DNA of 64,000 nucleotides from a virus (Duplodnaviria; Caudoviricetes): IMG/VR virus record IMGVR_UViG_3300042196_000418; one strand, 5' to 3'. Shown piece by piece: positions 30,102 to 41,414 of this stretch (position 1 is its first letter; each line of letters starts with the position of its first letter). The notes under the pieces were generated by a model. It saw only the letters and a program-made list of their open reading frames with translations, ran no database searches and was not told where the DNA came from. The position numbers and the translations under genes were made by a program.

Positions 30102-30445
30102 GTCAGAGCTACACCACCGCCACGAGCTGGGCCGAGTTCCTTCCAACCGTGCGTGTAGGCGGCGCGCTGCCTGTCACGTTCACCTTGGATGGAGATCATG
30201 TCCTCGTCGAGGTCGTCGTCCCCTACGTGCCGCCAGAGGCACCGGACATCACGGATCCGAACAAGATCCCGATCCGAATCGCGGAAGGGTTTCCCGTGCC
30301 CCTCACCGCACGATACAAGCTGCCGGACTACCACCCCGAAAACGCCGCGAGCTTCGTGCGGCACATCGTACGAGAGATCTATCACCACGAGGCCGATGAG
30401 CAGCTGCGCGTCGGCGATCACAGACCCTTCGCACCAGAGCACTAA
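30098..30445 (+). CDS. Hypothetical phage protein
   Basis: ATGA overlap with the upstream gene. Its C-terminal HE..E.L....R.F.P.H pattern also appears in ORF 63640-end. Confidence 0.6.
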   Translation: MSQSYTTATSWAEFLPTVRVGGALPVTFTLDGDHVLVEVVVPYVPPEAPDITDPNKIPIRIAEGFPVPLTARYKLPDYHPENAASFVRHIVREIYHHEADEQLRVGDHRPFAPEH

Positions 30446-30474
30446 CCAATCCTCGCTATGGAGTAGCTAGCCGC

Positions 30475-31149
30475 ATGCTGATCTTGATCGAGAACCTGAT
30501 CGACGAAACCACTGTCGCCCGCCTCCGCGGCTGGATGGCCGAGGCCACCTTCGAGGACGGAAAAGCCACCGCGGGCGGCAACGCCGCCAAGGTCAAGAAC
30601 AACGAACAGGTCAGCTCTGATCCGGATCTCCCCGATCCCAAGCTCCCCGAGATGCAGGATCTCGTGGCGAAGCTTCTGTGGAACAACGGCCTGTTCTACG
30701 CGGCGGCACAGCCTAAGGAAATCCTCTCGCCGCTGTTCTCCCGCTACACGGCCGGCAAGAGCTACGGCCTGCACATGGACAACGCGCTCATGGGCGACAT
30801 GCGCATCGACCTGTCCCTCACGTTGTTCCTCTCCGATCCGGCCGAGTACGACGGCGGCGAGCTCGTCATCTACTTCCCAACCGGCGAGCGCTCCATCAAG
30901 CTCCCAGCTCGTCACGCCGTGCTCTACCCGACCACGGCGCTTCACCGAGTTGCCGAAGTAACGAAGGGGCAGCGCCTCGTGGCGGTGACCTGGATACGGA
31001 GCCTCGTGCGCGATCCGGCGAAGCGCGAAATCTTGTTCGATCTCAAGACCGCCCACCACCGCCTGGACAGCCAGCTCGGAAAGACGCCGGAGATCGACCT
31101 CGTCTCGAAAACGCACACGAACCTGCTACGGCGCTGGGCCGAGGACTAG
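30475..31149 (+). CDS. Fe(II)/2-oxoglutarate dioxygenase, PKHD-type (YbiX/PiuC-like)
   Basis: Motifs F.DGK.TAG..A..VKNN.Q, PLFSRY..G.SYG.H.DNA, DLS.TLFLSDP.EYDGGEL, LHRV..VT.G.R, W..S.VRD...R..LFDL and NLLR.WAE. Confidence 0.92.
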   Translation: MLILIENLIDETTVARLRGWMAEATFEDGKATAGGNAAKVKNNEQVSSDPDLPDPKLPEMQDLVAKLLWNNGLFYAAAQPKEILSPLFSRYTAGKSYGLHMDNALMGDMRIDLSLTLFLSDPAEYDGGELVIYFPTGERSIKLPARHAVLYPTTALHRVAEVTKGQRLVAVTWIRSLVRDPAKREILFDLKTAHHRLDSQLGKTPEIDLVSKTHTNLLRRWAED

Positions 31150-31279
31150 AGGCTCGCGACGTCGGCTGATGCGTCGAGAGCGTCGTGCGCACGTAGGTAG
31201 ATCACGAGGGGGAGTGCGATGACCAGGAGCGCGATGCAGGTAAGCCCCGTGATCAACTGGAGCGGCAGTACATGCAGCT

Positions 31280-31698
31280 TCAACCTTGCCTCACGACCGC
31301 CGGCTTGCCGCATCTCGAGCACACCCGCGACGCCTGCATGGCCACGAGCGCTTTCACCTGGGCCAACGTCCATAGATCCGATCCGTTCTCGGGATTCAGG
31401 TGCAGGTCCCCGCAGTGCGGGCACGGCAGCCGACCAACCCCAGGCAGAGACCCGTCGGGCAGTACGGCGGCAAGGAAAATCGCAGCCCTCACGGTTCGCT
31501 CGGAGGAAATCCCTTGCCGGTTCGTTCCACTTCGTCGATCGCGATCAAGAGCCCTTCAATCTCCTCGCGCTCCGGTTCGACGAGGTGCTTCCAAATACGG
31601 TCCATCTCACCGACGACCTCGCCGTAGCGCGGGTTGGCGGACGCAAGGTTCTTCAAGTCAGCGGCCAGCTCTACGTAACGTCTGCCTTCAGCGGTCAT
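31280..31698 (-). other. Two short leftward hypothetical genes (31489-31698 and 31280-31492, the latter with CxxC pairs)
   Basis: Coupled ORFs divergent from the first sigma54 promoter. Confidence 0.45.
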
Positions 31699-31993
31699 GC
31701 TTCATTCCGAGGTGACGAACAAGCCTGGCTCAGCCTTGCGGGATCAGCGCTCCGAAGCATAACACGCTGGGTATCTTGCTACCCGTGTCTTGGGCACCAC
31801 GCACCACGAGCTCGTTGCTCGTTCCCCGCTCCCCGCTCCCCGCGTATCGTCAGGACTCGAACTTTCTTTCCCAGAAAATCGTCGGGACTCGAGTTCGCGC
31901 TTCCCAAGAAATCAGTTCGATTCCCGGAAAGGAACCAAATCCCAGTGTATTTTCTGGGCACAGCCTCGCCCCGAACCGCGTCCGGCCGGAGAC

Positions 31994-32061
31994 GGGTGCG
32001 GAACTACCCGGGGTCGACGATCGCGCAGTTACGCGCGGGCGCGAACGGCACGCGAGATGCT
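31994..32061 (+). promoter_or_regulatory. sigma54-type promoter P1 with upstream palindrome
   Basis: CGGCACGCGAGATGCT at 32046-61 (GG-N10-GC); GGGTG-N6-TACCC at 31994-32009; a further copy at 31769-84; ATG at 32075. Confidence 0.75.
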
Positions 32062-33505
32062 CATGTCTTGGAGCATGAACGAGCCTGTCGACCTCCAGCC
32101 CTCGATCGAGAAGTTTGGCCGCGAGACCTGGGAGGTCAAGCGCATGCGCCTCGACGCAGAGTGGGCGCCGCTCGTCGACGAGAAGAACCGCAAGGTGCAT
32201 GGCTGGGCGCATATCGAAGAGATCCCGGCGCGCATGCTGGGCCGCGTGCTCGAAAGCGGCTCGACGCGCTGGACCCTCAGCTCCAAGCCGTTCGGCGTCC
32301 AGCTCATCGCGACCCGCGACAACAAGGGCTTCGGAGCGAGCCCTCCCACGACCTGGTACGCGACCCGCGAGGACGCGCTCGCGGGCGCTCGCAAGGCGCT
32401 CGTCCGGCAGGGCAGACGCTACGCGAAGAAGTACGGAGGCGCGTCGTGATCACCGACGACCAGCTCAAGGCCATGAACCCGGAGATGGCCGCGATGTGGA
32501 TCGTCGGCTCCGCCGCTTCGTTGTCCAAGCCGCAGTACCAGGCGCTCGTGATCGCGTGTCGCAACGGCGGTTACGTCGAGGCGGGCGGCGTCGAACGCGT
32601 CTCAGCCGCGGCACTGCTCGCGCTTGCCCGCCGCGGCTACCTCGCCCGCTGCTATGGCACGGAGGGCGGCCTCGCCGGCCGGCTCTCGGAGCGTGCCCGA
32701 ACGCGCCTCGCTGACGTCGCACCGAAAGGACAGGTTCCGTGAACAGCCTCACCGGCATGGATGCAGAGCTGGCCCGGAGCAAGCGTGCTCGCGTACGCCG
32801 CAAGCGCTCCACGACCGTCGTGTTTCAACGAATCCACAAGGGGCTGTACATCAGCCACGAGTACGGCATGACGCTCAGCCACGAGGCAACGTGGTCTCGT
32901 GACGCGGGCCGCAAGTGGGAGCTGACGTTCAAGCTCAGCTACATGGGCTTGATGGAGTCGTCGACGCACCGCAAGAAGTTCGACACCATCAAAGAGGCGC
33001 GCGCCTACGCAAACGCGTTGGTGCGGAAGTAACCCGTGGCGCCGTCCGTCGAATTTGTCTGTCCAACCTGCGACGCCCAAACCGGCGAACCGTGCCGCTC
33101 TGTGGCTCCGCGATCGATCCGCAACCGCACGAAGTACGACACGCCAAAGGCCCTCAAGAAACTCCACGCCAACCGCGTGGCTCGTTGCTACCGCGCACCA
33201 ATGGCGCCTGTGACGGCGTGCGGTCAGCGCGGTGGCGCCGACTCCGAGCATTGGAACGACGTCCGATGCGCCACCTGCCTGGCCAAGCAGCCCGAGATCG
33301 CGCTCCACTACGCGCGCTACTGCGGCACCGAGTTCGAAGCGAACCTCGAAAATTCACGGATGCACGACTACTTCGACGACTGTGCCCAACAGTGGGGCTT
33401 CGAGGACTGGACTGCACTCCCTAACGACAAGCAGCTCTTGGTGCGCAAGGCGTTCGACGAAGGCCGCCGCGCCGAGCGCGCCCTGAGGAGCGGTTAACCC
33501 GTGAT

Positions 33506-33636
33506 GGGTGCACAGATACCCGTGTCTTGGACGCCTCGGGCGCCTCGGATTTGCCGTCGTACAGAGACGGGTATCGATGCACCCAGGCTCACGCATCGCA
33601 CACTTGAAGGAACGGTAGAGCGGCACGTGAACTGCT
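33506..33636 (+). promoter_or_regulatory. sigma54-type promoter P2 with paired palindromes
   Basis: CGGCACGTGAACTGCT at 33621-36; palindromes at 33506-21 and 33569-84; ATG at 33650. Confidence 0.8.
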
Positions 33637-36105
33637 TTACAGAAGCCTCATGAAAGCAACCCCGTTCCATACGTCGCGCTGCTACGCCTGCGACGACAAG
33701 GCGTGCGGCGTTCGCGATCGACGTCCCGAGGGCGGCTTGATCGAAGCCGCCTGCAAGCGCCACGCGGATCCGTCGATCCCGGCCTATCTCGCGTGCATGT
33801 TCTGCTCGGGCCCGCGCCCGTCGCTCCTGATCGACGGCAGCTTCGCCCACAAGAGCTGCCACACCGCGCAGGTGCAGTCGTGACGCCCCCGAGCGAAGTC
33901 GTGAAGGCGCGCAACGGCGCATGGACGCCGTGGGCAGCCGTGCTGTGCGTCGAGTGCGAATTCGCCGACCTCAAGAGCACCTCGCACAGCGAGTTCTACG
34001 CCAGACGCCTCCAAGTCGTCGCCGCGCTCGCACGCACGGAAACGGTCGAACAGCCCGATGGCGACTTGCTCGGGATCTGCAACAACTGCCAGTGCACGTG
34101 CTGGGTGCGTGATGACGTCGCCCTGTTGCAGCAGGTCGGCTTCAAGGCGTCCGATCTGGACTGGGAAGGTCCGTTCGGGTGGGCGTTGCAGCAGACCGGT
34201 GGCATGTGCGCCGCGCTCGTGTTCACAGCCGACAAGCGCGAGATCGTCGTCACCGCGATGGACGGCGAATTCTACGTTGGCGAGTACGTGCAGCCCGAAA
34301 ACGAGGACGAGCAGTGCTGGGACTCCGCGCTTCGCATGTGGAAGTCGGAAGTGTTCTACGTAGACGGCGAGATGAAGAGCAGGGACGCGCTGACGGCCAT
34401 GGTCGAAGAGTGCGCGCGCAAGGCGATCGAGTTCATTCGCCAGCCGGTCGCAACCGCACCGAAGGAGCTGACACGATGACCGCCCCATGCGAGCACGAGA
34501 ACGCCGACCACCTGATGCCCGGGCAGTCGTTCGCCAATCCCCGCGACACGTACTTCGCCTCGTACATCGTACTCGTCGAGCAGGTCCGCTGCCTCGACTG
34601 CGGCGCGTGGCTGAGCCTCGGCCCGGCGAACGATGGTGGCAAGCACGCACAGCAAGTTGCCGTGGAGCTACGTGCCGCCGCGCTGGCCGTGCACCTTGTC
34701 GAGCACGGCAACTTCGTCGGATGTGCCAGTGCCGAGGAAATGAACGGTTGGTTCGAGCACTACCTGGATCGCGACACCCGCTATCGCGTAAACGCCGACG
34801 AGAAGCGACGCAAGGCGCAGGCTGGTTATCTGACGCGCGCGATAGTCAACCACGACGACGAACAGGCGCCACACCACCTAGCGCGTGGTGCAGCGTGAGG
34901 GAGTCCAGGGCCCGGAGCGCGGCAGAACTCGCAGCTCAGGAGACCCGTGAGCGGGCGATGTACGGCTGCACGGAGGCGTCGATCGACCAAGCTCTCACGG
35001 GCAAAGAACCGCGCGACATCGCGATGTACGCGATGAGCGTTCTGTCCGACGCCCAAGAGCAGCTCCGCGAAGTCCCCGTCTCGGACCGTGCTACCGACAC
35101 GGCTCGCATGCTCATGAACGTGGCGAAGTACGCCATCGACAAGGCCGTGCCGCGATGATCACCAGCCTTCAAGCTCTGCGCGATCTGTTCGCGAAACACT
35201 GCGCGTGCAGGCCGCTCGACGTCACTCGGGATCCTGCCGATCACGGCCACGCCTGCCTCCCGGAGGTACTCGCCGACATTCAGCTGGTCTTGCGCTTCGA
35301 TACCAGCTCCGAGCAAGCCCGGCTCGAACGCTATGCAGCTGTCAAGCGCTGCGATCGCTACGCGGAGGGTGACTACTCCGCCCTCGGAACCATTCACTAG
35401 GCGCGGCAATGAACTACGAAGTGAATTACCCGATGAAGCACGGTGACCGGTGTCCGTATTGCCAGCAGGTGCTCCACGTCGAAAACGACGTCTTCGAGTG
35501 CGGCGGCGAGGGCGAGGGCTGCTGCTCCATCTGGAGTGCGATCTACGCCTTCGGCCACGCCGTCAACCGGCGGCAGAGATCCACCACGCTCGACGTCGAG
35601 CTGTGGATCGGCGAATGGCTCGACGAGTGGCTCGCCGCTGAAGTCGGTCAGAGTTGGTCCGAGATCGGCTGGGATCGCGACGTGCACCTGCGCGGTGTGC
35701 GTGAGACGTGGGATCTGCACGCAAAGGCGGCTCCATGATCCGGCGTTTCTTTTGCTGGCTTGTCGGGCACGCCTGGCGAGCGGGTCACTGCCATGGCTGG
35801 TCCGGCATCGTCGAACGCCAATGCCGCCGCTGCCAGCGCAACGAGTTCACGCAGTTCGACTTCTAGGAGGAGCCCATGAAGACAACCACACTGCCGCAGT
35901 TTCTAACGGACGCGCAGATCGCCAAGGCGACGAAGCTGTACGAGGCCCACGGCATGGACGCCGTAGCCGCGATCCAGGCCCAGGTGATCGAGCCGAACAT
36001 GGCCGCGATCAACCAGAAGCTCGGCCAGGAGAACGACGCGCGCTACCTCGCGTATGCGGTCGTGCACGCGTGCTCCCAGGTGGAAGAGGAGCGCTGGTCG
36101 TAACA

Positions 36106-36477
36106 GTGTCTAGCGCCGCGCAGATCCGGGCCCTCGTCGATGACGCGAAGGCGTACGCACTACAGCGAGACAATAGTCGCTTCCCAGCGCGCTTCGCGCT
36201 CGTGTCCGCGAAGCGCTTCCCGGAGTTCAAAACGGGTGCGTTCGCGGCGGAATGTGTCAACGCTCACCCCTTAACACTCGCGATTTCGTGCGACGTCATG
36301 AAGGTCGTGAAAGTCATCTCCAAGAGTCGTGGCTGCATCGCTGCCGAATGGCTCCTGGACCATCCGAACGAAAGCGTGGCATCGGTTGCTCGGATCTTCG
36401 GCCTTACCAGACAGTGCGTACATCGAGCGCTGAAGGATCTCCACTCGTCCATGTCCGCGGACCGCGGTGGCATCTAG
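36106..36477 (+). CDS. Hypothetical protein with a C-terminal helix-turn-helix
   Basis: HPNESVASVARIFGLTRQCVHRAL. Confidence 0.55.
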   Translation: MSSAAQIRALVDDAKAYALQRDNSRFPARFALVSAKRFPEFKTGAFAAECVNAHPLTLAISCDVMKVVKVISKSRGCIAAEWLLDHPNESVASVARIFGLTRQCVHRALKDLHSSMSADRGGI

Positions 36478-36507
36478 GTGCAATCCGGATCAGCGCTCGA
36501 CGTGACT

Positions 36508-36629
36508 GGGTGCTCAGATACCCGTATCTTGCGCGCCGCGGGTGTGAATGCAAAACATCCGAGTGCAAATGTACCCAGGTTCTGGTATCCGCGGACTTAC
36601 GCACGAACCGCGACGGCACGCGATCTGCT
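36508..36629 (+). promoter_or_regulatory. sigma54-type promoter P3 with paired palindromes
   Basis: CGGCACGCGATCTGCT at 36614-29; palindromes at 36508-23 and 36561-76 (one mismatch); ATG at 36649. Confidence 0.8.
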
Positions 36630-36648
36630 CTACGAAGACGTCACGCCC

Positions 36649-36888
36649 ATGAACATCCACGAGACCGGGCACACGATCACCGACGAACAGATCCGCGAGC
36701 TGCGCAACCTCCTGTTCCAAGAATCGGGCAACCAGATGACCAACGACACCGACGCTTGCGGGATGGCACTCATCGATCCGGATGAGCAGCGGTTCCGTGA
36801 TGTTGCAGACGTCGCGAAAAGTGTTCGCGAAATGTGCCGCGCGCGCTGCGCCGAGATCCTCAACGCCCGCGCCCAGGAGACCAAGTAG
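36649..36888 (+). CDS. TITDEQ/ARARCAEILN family protein
   Basis: TGHTITDEQIR...CRARCAEILNAR. Confidence 0.8.
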   Translation: MNIHETGHTITDEQIRELRNLLFQESGNQMTNDTDACGMALIDPDEQRFRDVADVAKSVREMCRARCAEILNARAQETK

Positions 36889-37134
36889 ATGGCGACCCCG
36901 CCGCGGAAGCTCCCCTCGATCGCTGTCCTTGTCAACCGCTGCCTGCCGTTTCATCGCCGCATCCTCGTGGCACTCGCGGCCGGCAACTTCATCGTTGATC
37001 CGTCGTGGAGCGCAGGCGAGCACCGCGGCCTTCAGACGGCGCGCAAGACGCTGGCCCGCTGGGGCTGTGTTGACGCGACCGACAAGCTCACCGATCACGG
37101 CGCCGCCCTGCTCGTCGCGCTGGAGACCAAGTAG

Positions 37135-37428
37135 ATGGCGACCGACGACGTGCAGATCGCCGCGAACGAAGCGCGATTGGCGGCCGAGCGTGGCGTGGAC
37201 GTCACCGCCGACACGATCACGGACAAGCAGATCCGCGAGCTGTTTGCGCGGCACTGCAAGTGCCGGCCGCTTGATGTCGATCGCGCCTCTCATTCCCACG
37301 ACTGCGACACTGGGATCACCGAGACGTGTCTTGCGGCGCTCGGTGGCCAACCGCTCTGGCCGGACTGCATGCGCGCCGCTCGCGCTTGCTGCGCCGAGAT
37401 CCTCAACGCCCGTACGAAAGGACCGTGA
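37135..37428 (+). CDS. TITDEQ/ARARCAEILN family protein
   Basis: TADTITDKQIR...ARACCAEILNAR. Confidence 0.8.
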   Translation: MATDDVQIAANEARLAAERGVDVTADTITDKQIRELFARHCKCRPLDVDRASHSHDCDTGITETCLAALGGQPLWPDCMRAARACCAEILNARTKGP

Positions 37429-38178
37429 TGGCTATGTCCGACCGCGCCACCGCGCCCGAACTCGCGCTCGATCTCTCCGAGCCCGACGAGATGATCAACA
37501 AACGCTTGCGCGCGCTCTACGCCAAGTATCCAGGCATGTGGTGGGAGCTAGAGCCGGACGCAAGGAGCGGCTATGTCTACTCCGGCAGCATCACGTCGAT
37601 CCTCGGAGAACGCTCCCGTGATCGCGTGCTCGCCCGCCTGGTCGACGACAACACCGGCAGCGACATCAAGCGCGAGCTGGAAACCGTCAAGCTGGAGGTC
37701 TCGCGCACGTTCACGGCACTGACCAAGGCTCGCGCGAAGTTCAACCGATGCAGCAGGCCCGAGAGCCGCGAGGCCGCGCGTATCGCCATGACCTCCGCCG
37801 AGGCCGCATATCGCGAGGTCTCCGATCAGAGAGATCGCCTCGTCGAGCTACGCAACGCCCAGCAGACACAGCGCGGCGGTCAGCCGACGATCTCGCATGA
37901 CGGTCCGGTGGTGAAGCTGTGAGCGCCACGTTCGACAAGATCGTGGCACTCGATCCGCAGGAACTGCACCGCTTCGCCGAACAGGCAGCGAAAGGCGGCT
38001 GGGGTGAAGCGTCGCACCTTGCACGCGCGTACCTGCGCCTCCACGCAGCCGCCCGTACCCTCGCGGAAGCAGTGCCTCATTGCCTGATGTGCAGGGACTG
38101 CGGTGACGGTCCTTGCTGCAACGACTGCGGAATTGCTGTCGCCACGGAGGCGCTAGGCAAGCTGCTCGGAGGTCCAGC

Positions 38179-38949
38179 GTGACCCTGACGGGATACACGA
38201 TCACGGACGACCAGATCCGCGCGCTACGTGACAGCTGCGGACCAAGTAGTCCCTACCGTATTCACTGCGGCATCGCCCTGGGTGAAACAGCTGGAGCTCT
38301 ATGGGGCGCCACCCGCGACTCGGCTCGTGCCCGTTGCGCCGAGATTATCAACGCCCACGCAGCGTGCTCCCACGAACGTATCGAATGGCTGCCCTTGACC
38401 TACGGACCGCACCAGCGTGGTTGTTCCGTGTGCGCTTCGTGCGGAGCCGAATTCGCAGAGAACCTTCGACGTGGCATTCCTGCCACGAAAAGCCTCGGAC
38501 ACGGCGTTGCTCCGAAACCGAGCGCGGTCCCGTTTCCTGTCGGCCTGCGCGGTAGGCGGCGAAAGATCTTCATCATCGACTCGACAACGAAGGACAGGCT
38601 GGACTCTATGGCGGAGGCCGCAGCCCGCCGCTTCGCGTTCGAGCCGGTAGCGCACCACTACAAGGCCAGCTCGCTTCTTCAGCGCATCCCTGTGATCCGC
38701 GCCGACCAGCGCCAGCCGATCGCCGTGGTGCACACGCCTAGCGCCGATCCGCGCCACATGGCGCACTACCTCGCGTCGCGGACGCTGCTCACCGAAGCCG
38801 AGCGCGCCGAGCTTGATCGTTCTCAGCCCCAGACGATTCGAGCGCTGATCGCCGGGTGCGCAACGCGAAGCATTCCCCACGCCGCGCAGATGCTGCGATC
38901 GGTGTTGACACGGCCGGATCCCCCGCGCGCTCCGGGTGACACCAAATGA
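38179..38949 (+). CDS. TITDEQ/ARARCAEILN family protein with a C-terminal extension
   Basis: TGYTITDDQIR...ARARCAEIINAH. Confidence 0.75.
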   Translation: MTLTGYTITDDQIRALRDSCGPSSPYRIHCGIALGETAGALWGATRDSARARCAEIINAHAACSHERIEWLPLTYGPHQRGCSVCASCGAEFAENLRRGIPATKSLGHGVAPKPSAVPFPVGLRGRRRKIFIIDSTTKDRLDSMAEAAARRFAFEPVAHHYKASSLLQRIPVIRADQRQPIAVVHTPSADPRHMAHYLASRTLLTEAERAELDRSQPQTIRALIAGCATRSIPHAAQMLRSVLTRPDPPRAPGDTK

Positions 38950-39019
38950 CCACGGTCACGTGTAACGGCACGTGCTGTACAGCGTGCGCCGAGCCCGTCG
39001 ACGAGGAAGGTGAAGGCTG

Positions 39020-39292
39020 ATGCTGAACACGAAGGTCACTGGAGACACGATCACCGACGAGCAGCTCCGCGCGCAGTTGGATCGCGCGGAGATAGACCTC
39101 GTCTACGAGAACCGCTGGTGGAAGGACAACAAGCACCTATCCAACAACTCGCGAGCGCACGACGAGGCCGTGCGCTCGCTGCGAGAGATTATCGAGGTGT
39201 GTAAGAGCGCCCTCAATCCGCAGTGCCATGCGACAAGGCGAATTGAAGCCCGCGCCCGCTGTGCCGTGATCCTCAACATGAGGACAACGTGA
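39020..39292 (+). CDS. TITDEQ/ARARCAEILN family protein
   Basis: TGDTITDEQLR...ARARCAVILNMR. Confidence 0.8.
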   Translation: MLNTKVTGDTITDEQLRAQLDRAEIDLVYENRWWKDNKHLSNNSRAHDEAVRSLREIIEVCKSALNPQCHATRRIEARARCAVILNMRTT

Positions 39293-39752
39293 AGCATGCC
39301 GGCACGAAAGAACAAGCCTGGAAAATACGGCGTCACTGTCGATGCCAAGCGACGCAAGGACGTTCAGTTCGATCACGCCCGCGCCGAACATGCATTGGTC
39401 GACAGACTGATCGTTCAGGAACGGGAGGATCCGTTCCGCTTCCACTATGTCGGTTGGCCAGACATGGTCGCCGCGCGACGTCTCGAAAAGAGCGGCTATC
39501 TCGTCGAAGGGGCTTCGTCGCTGGGATGCTTTCGGCTGACAGACGCCTTTCGTCGAACCTTCAAGGAGCTCTCGACATGCGCCAGCTCCCGTTTCTCGAG
39601 GGACGCGTGACCCCGAAAAATCCCATCACCTTCCGCCAGTTTCTCCGCGTCGTGGTCGGCGTGACGTACCGCCAGGTCGTGCACTCGGTGCGCCGTCCAC
39701 TGCGTCGACTCTGGAAAGGCGGCGTTCGCCGCGGCTCCTACGGAGCCCGCTC

Positions 39753-40172
39753 GTGAGCAAGAACATTGCCTCACGCGACGATACGAAGCTTGTCACGGCC
39801 GACACGATCACGGACGAGCAGATCCTTGCGCTGTTCTACGCGGACGAAATCGCCGCGATCGAGCTGACCGTGGCCACGCGGCCCGGCTGGAGCGCGGAGG
39901 ATCGCCAAGAGGCACGTGCGTGCTGCGCCGTCCTGTTCAACGCACGCACGCAGCGCTTGGCCAACACGCAGACGCAACTTCTCGCTGCCGAGAAGTCCGA
40001 GGTCATCGACAAGATCATCGCCCTGCGGGTTCGCCACTACCCGCCCGCTCGCTACGACACGTCAGGCCAGGACGACGATCGCCGCGAGCTGGAGCACCTG
40101 TCGCTCGAAGGCGTCCGCAGCGTCTACAACAACGTCCGCGACATCCTCGACGAAGGAGCGAAACGCCCGTGA
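39753..40172 (+). CDS. TITDEQ/ARARCAEILN family protein with a C-terminal extension
   Basis: TADTITDEQIL...ARACCAVLFNAR. Confidence 0.78.
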   Translation: MSKNIASRDDTKLVTADTITDEQILALFYADEIAAIELTVATRPGWSAEDRQEARACCAVLFNARTQRLANTQTQLLAAEKSEVIDKIIALRVRHYPPARYDTSGQDDDRRELEHLSLEGVRSVYNNVRDILDEGAKRP

Positions 40173-41245
40173 GCGTCGAGAAAGACCTTCGGGATCTGCT
40201 CCGGTGTTGGCGAGATTTGCCCGAAGCCCCAACACCGGGCCAGATGTCCGAGGCTGAGATCTATCAAGCGAGCGTCACGTGGAACGAGAGCTACACCGCC
40301 CTCGTCGAGGCTACCGACATCATGCTCGCCGAGCCGATCGGTGCAGATGCACTCAGGGTCGAAACGCTGGAGGAGCTTGTCGAAAACACGTGCGAAGTCT
40401 GCAACGAGCGCTGTCCCCATCGTCCACTCAATCCCCTGGAGGAAGGAGAACCCAAAATGACGAATGAAGACCAGTTGAACACGGAGACGCGACGCGCTCT
40501 TGACGAGTTGCACGACCGACTTCGGCTCGGAAGTGGTAATTTTGACCTTCACTTCGGGGAGGTCGCTCGCGCGATCGAAGCAGGACTCGTCGCCCTCGCT
40601 GAGGGTTCGGCGCTAGCTGGATTGCACCGCAAGGCGCTTGCGGAGTGGGTGTCGAATGTTTTGGCAATGGTCTTGGTGTGTGATCGGTCGCCGTACACAT
40701 CATCGGGCCGGGTCGAACGTGACCGCTGGATCCGCTGGCGAGACGCTGTGGAGACCCTGCTCCAGGCAATCGACGCAAAATGCCCAGCGGCGACGCCCGG
40801 ATTTGTCGAGCAGTTCCTCGCTTCGTTGACGCCGCAGCAGGCCGAGCGGATCGCACGTCCGCTCTCCGAACAACAGAAAGATCTTCTGCAAGATCTCCTG
40901 CAACAGCATTTTCTGCAACAGGAACTGTCCAAGGCGCTCTTCGGCTGGCTCGGTGACGGCTACAAGCCATGAGCAAACACGTTCTCGACTGGAGGATGAT
41001 CGCGCGGCACGCACTCATCGACGAAGGCTTGCGTAACGGCCGGCTGCCAGCTACGCCGGAGCCGAGGCACGTTCCGACACTGATCGAGCATCACCTCATG
41101 CTGTGTGAGCTGTACGGCGCGGACAAGCCCTTCCTCGTCACCATCGCGAAGATATGGAGCGGCCACGCCGCCCGCCACCTGGCCGACGCGTATCGACCGA
41201 AGGGACCCAGATGGGAGTTGGGAGAACCTGCCGAGCCTAAATCCT

Positions 41246-41366
41246 GGGTACCCAACTACCCGTGTCTCGAGCGACGCGGCTGTGGTGCCGAGGCCCTTGG
41301 GTAACGCGCTACCCAGCGTGTTCGTTCGATGACTTGCAAGCACGCGCCATCGGCACGCGAACTGCT
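41246..41366 (+). promoter_or_regulatory. sigma54-type promoter P4 with paired palindromes
   Basis: CGGCACGCGAACTGCT at 41351-66; palindromes at 41246-61 and 41299-41314; upstream of the ParB-like gene. Confidence 0.8.
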
Positions 41367-41414
41367 CTATGGAGCGTCATCCCCTCTACTCACCGAAGCA
41401 TCGTGAAAGGCACC

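Noticed and set aside
31219-32445. 507-aa ORF 31219-32742 and 344-aa ORF 35443-36477 as single genes
   Set aside because: Their upstream parts cross promoters or other genes. Only the 3' parts (from 32446 and 36106) look coding.
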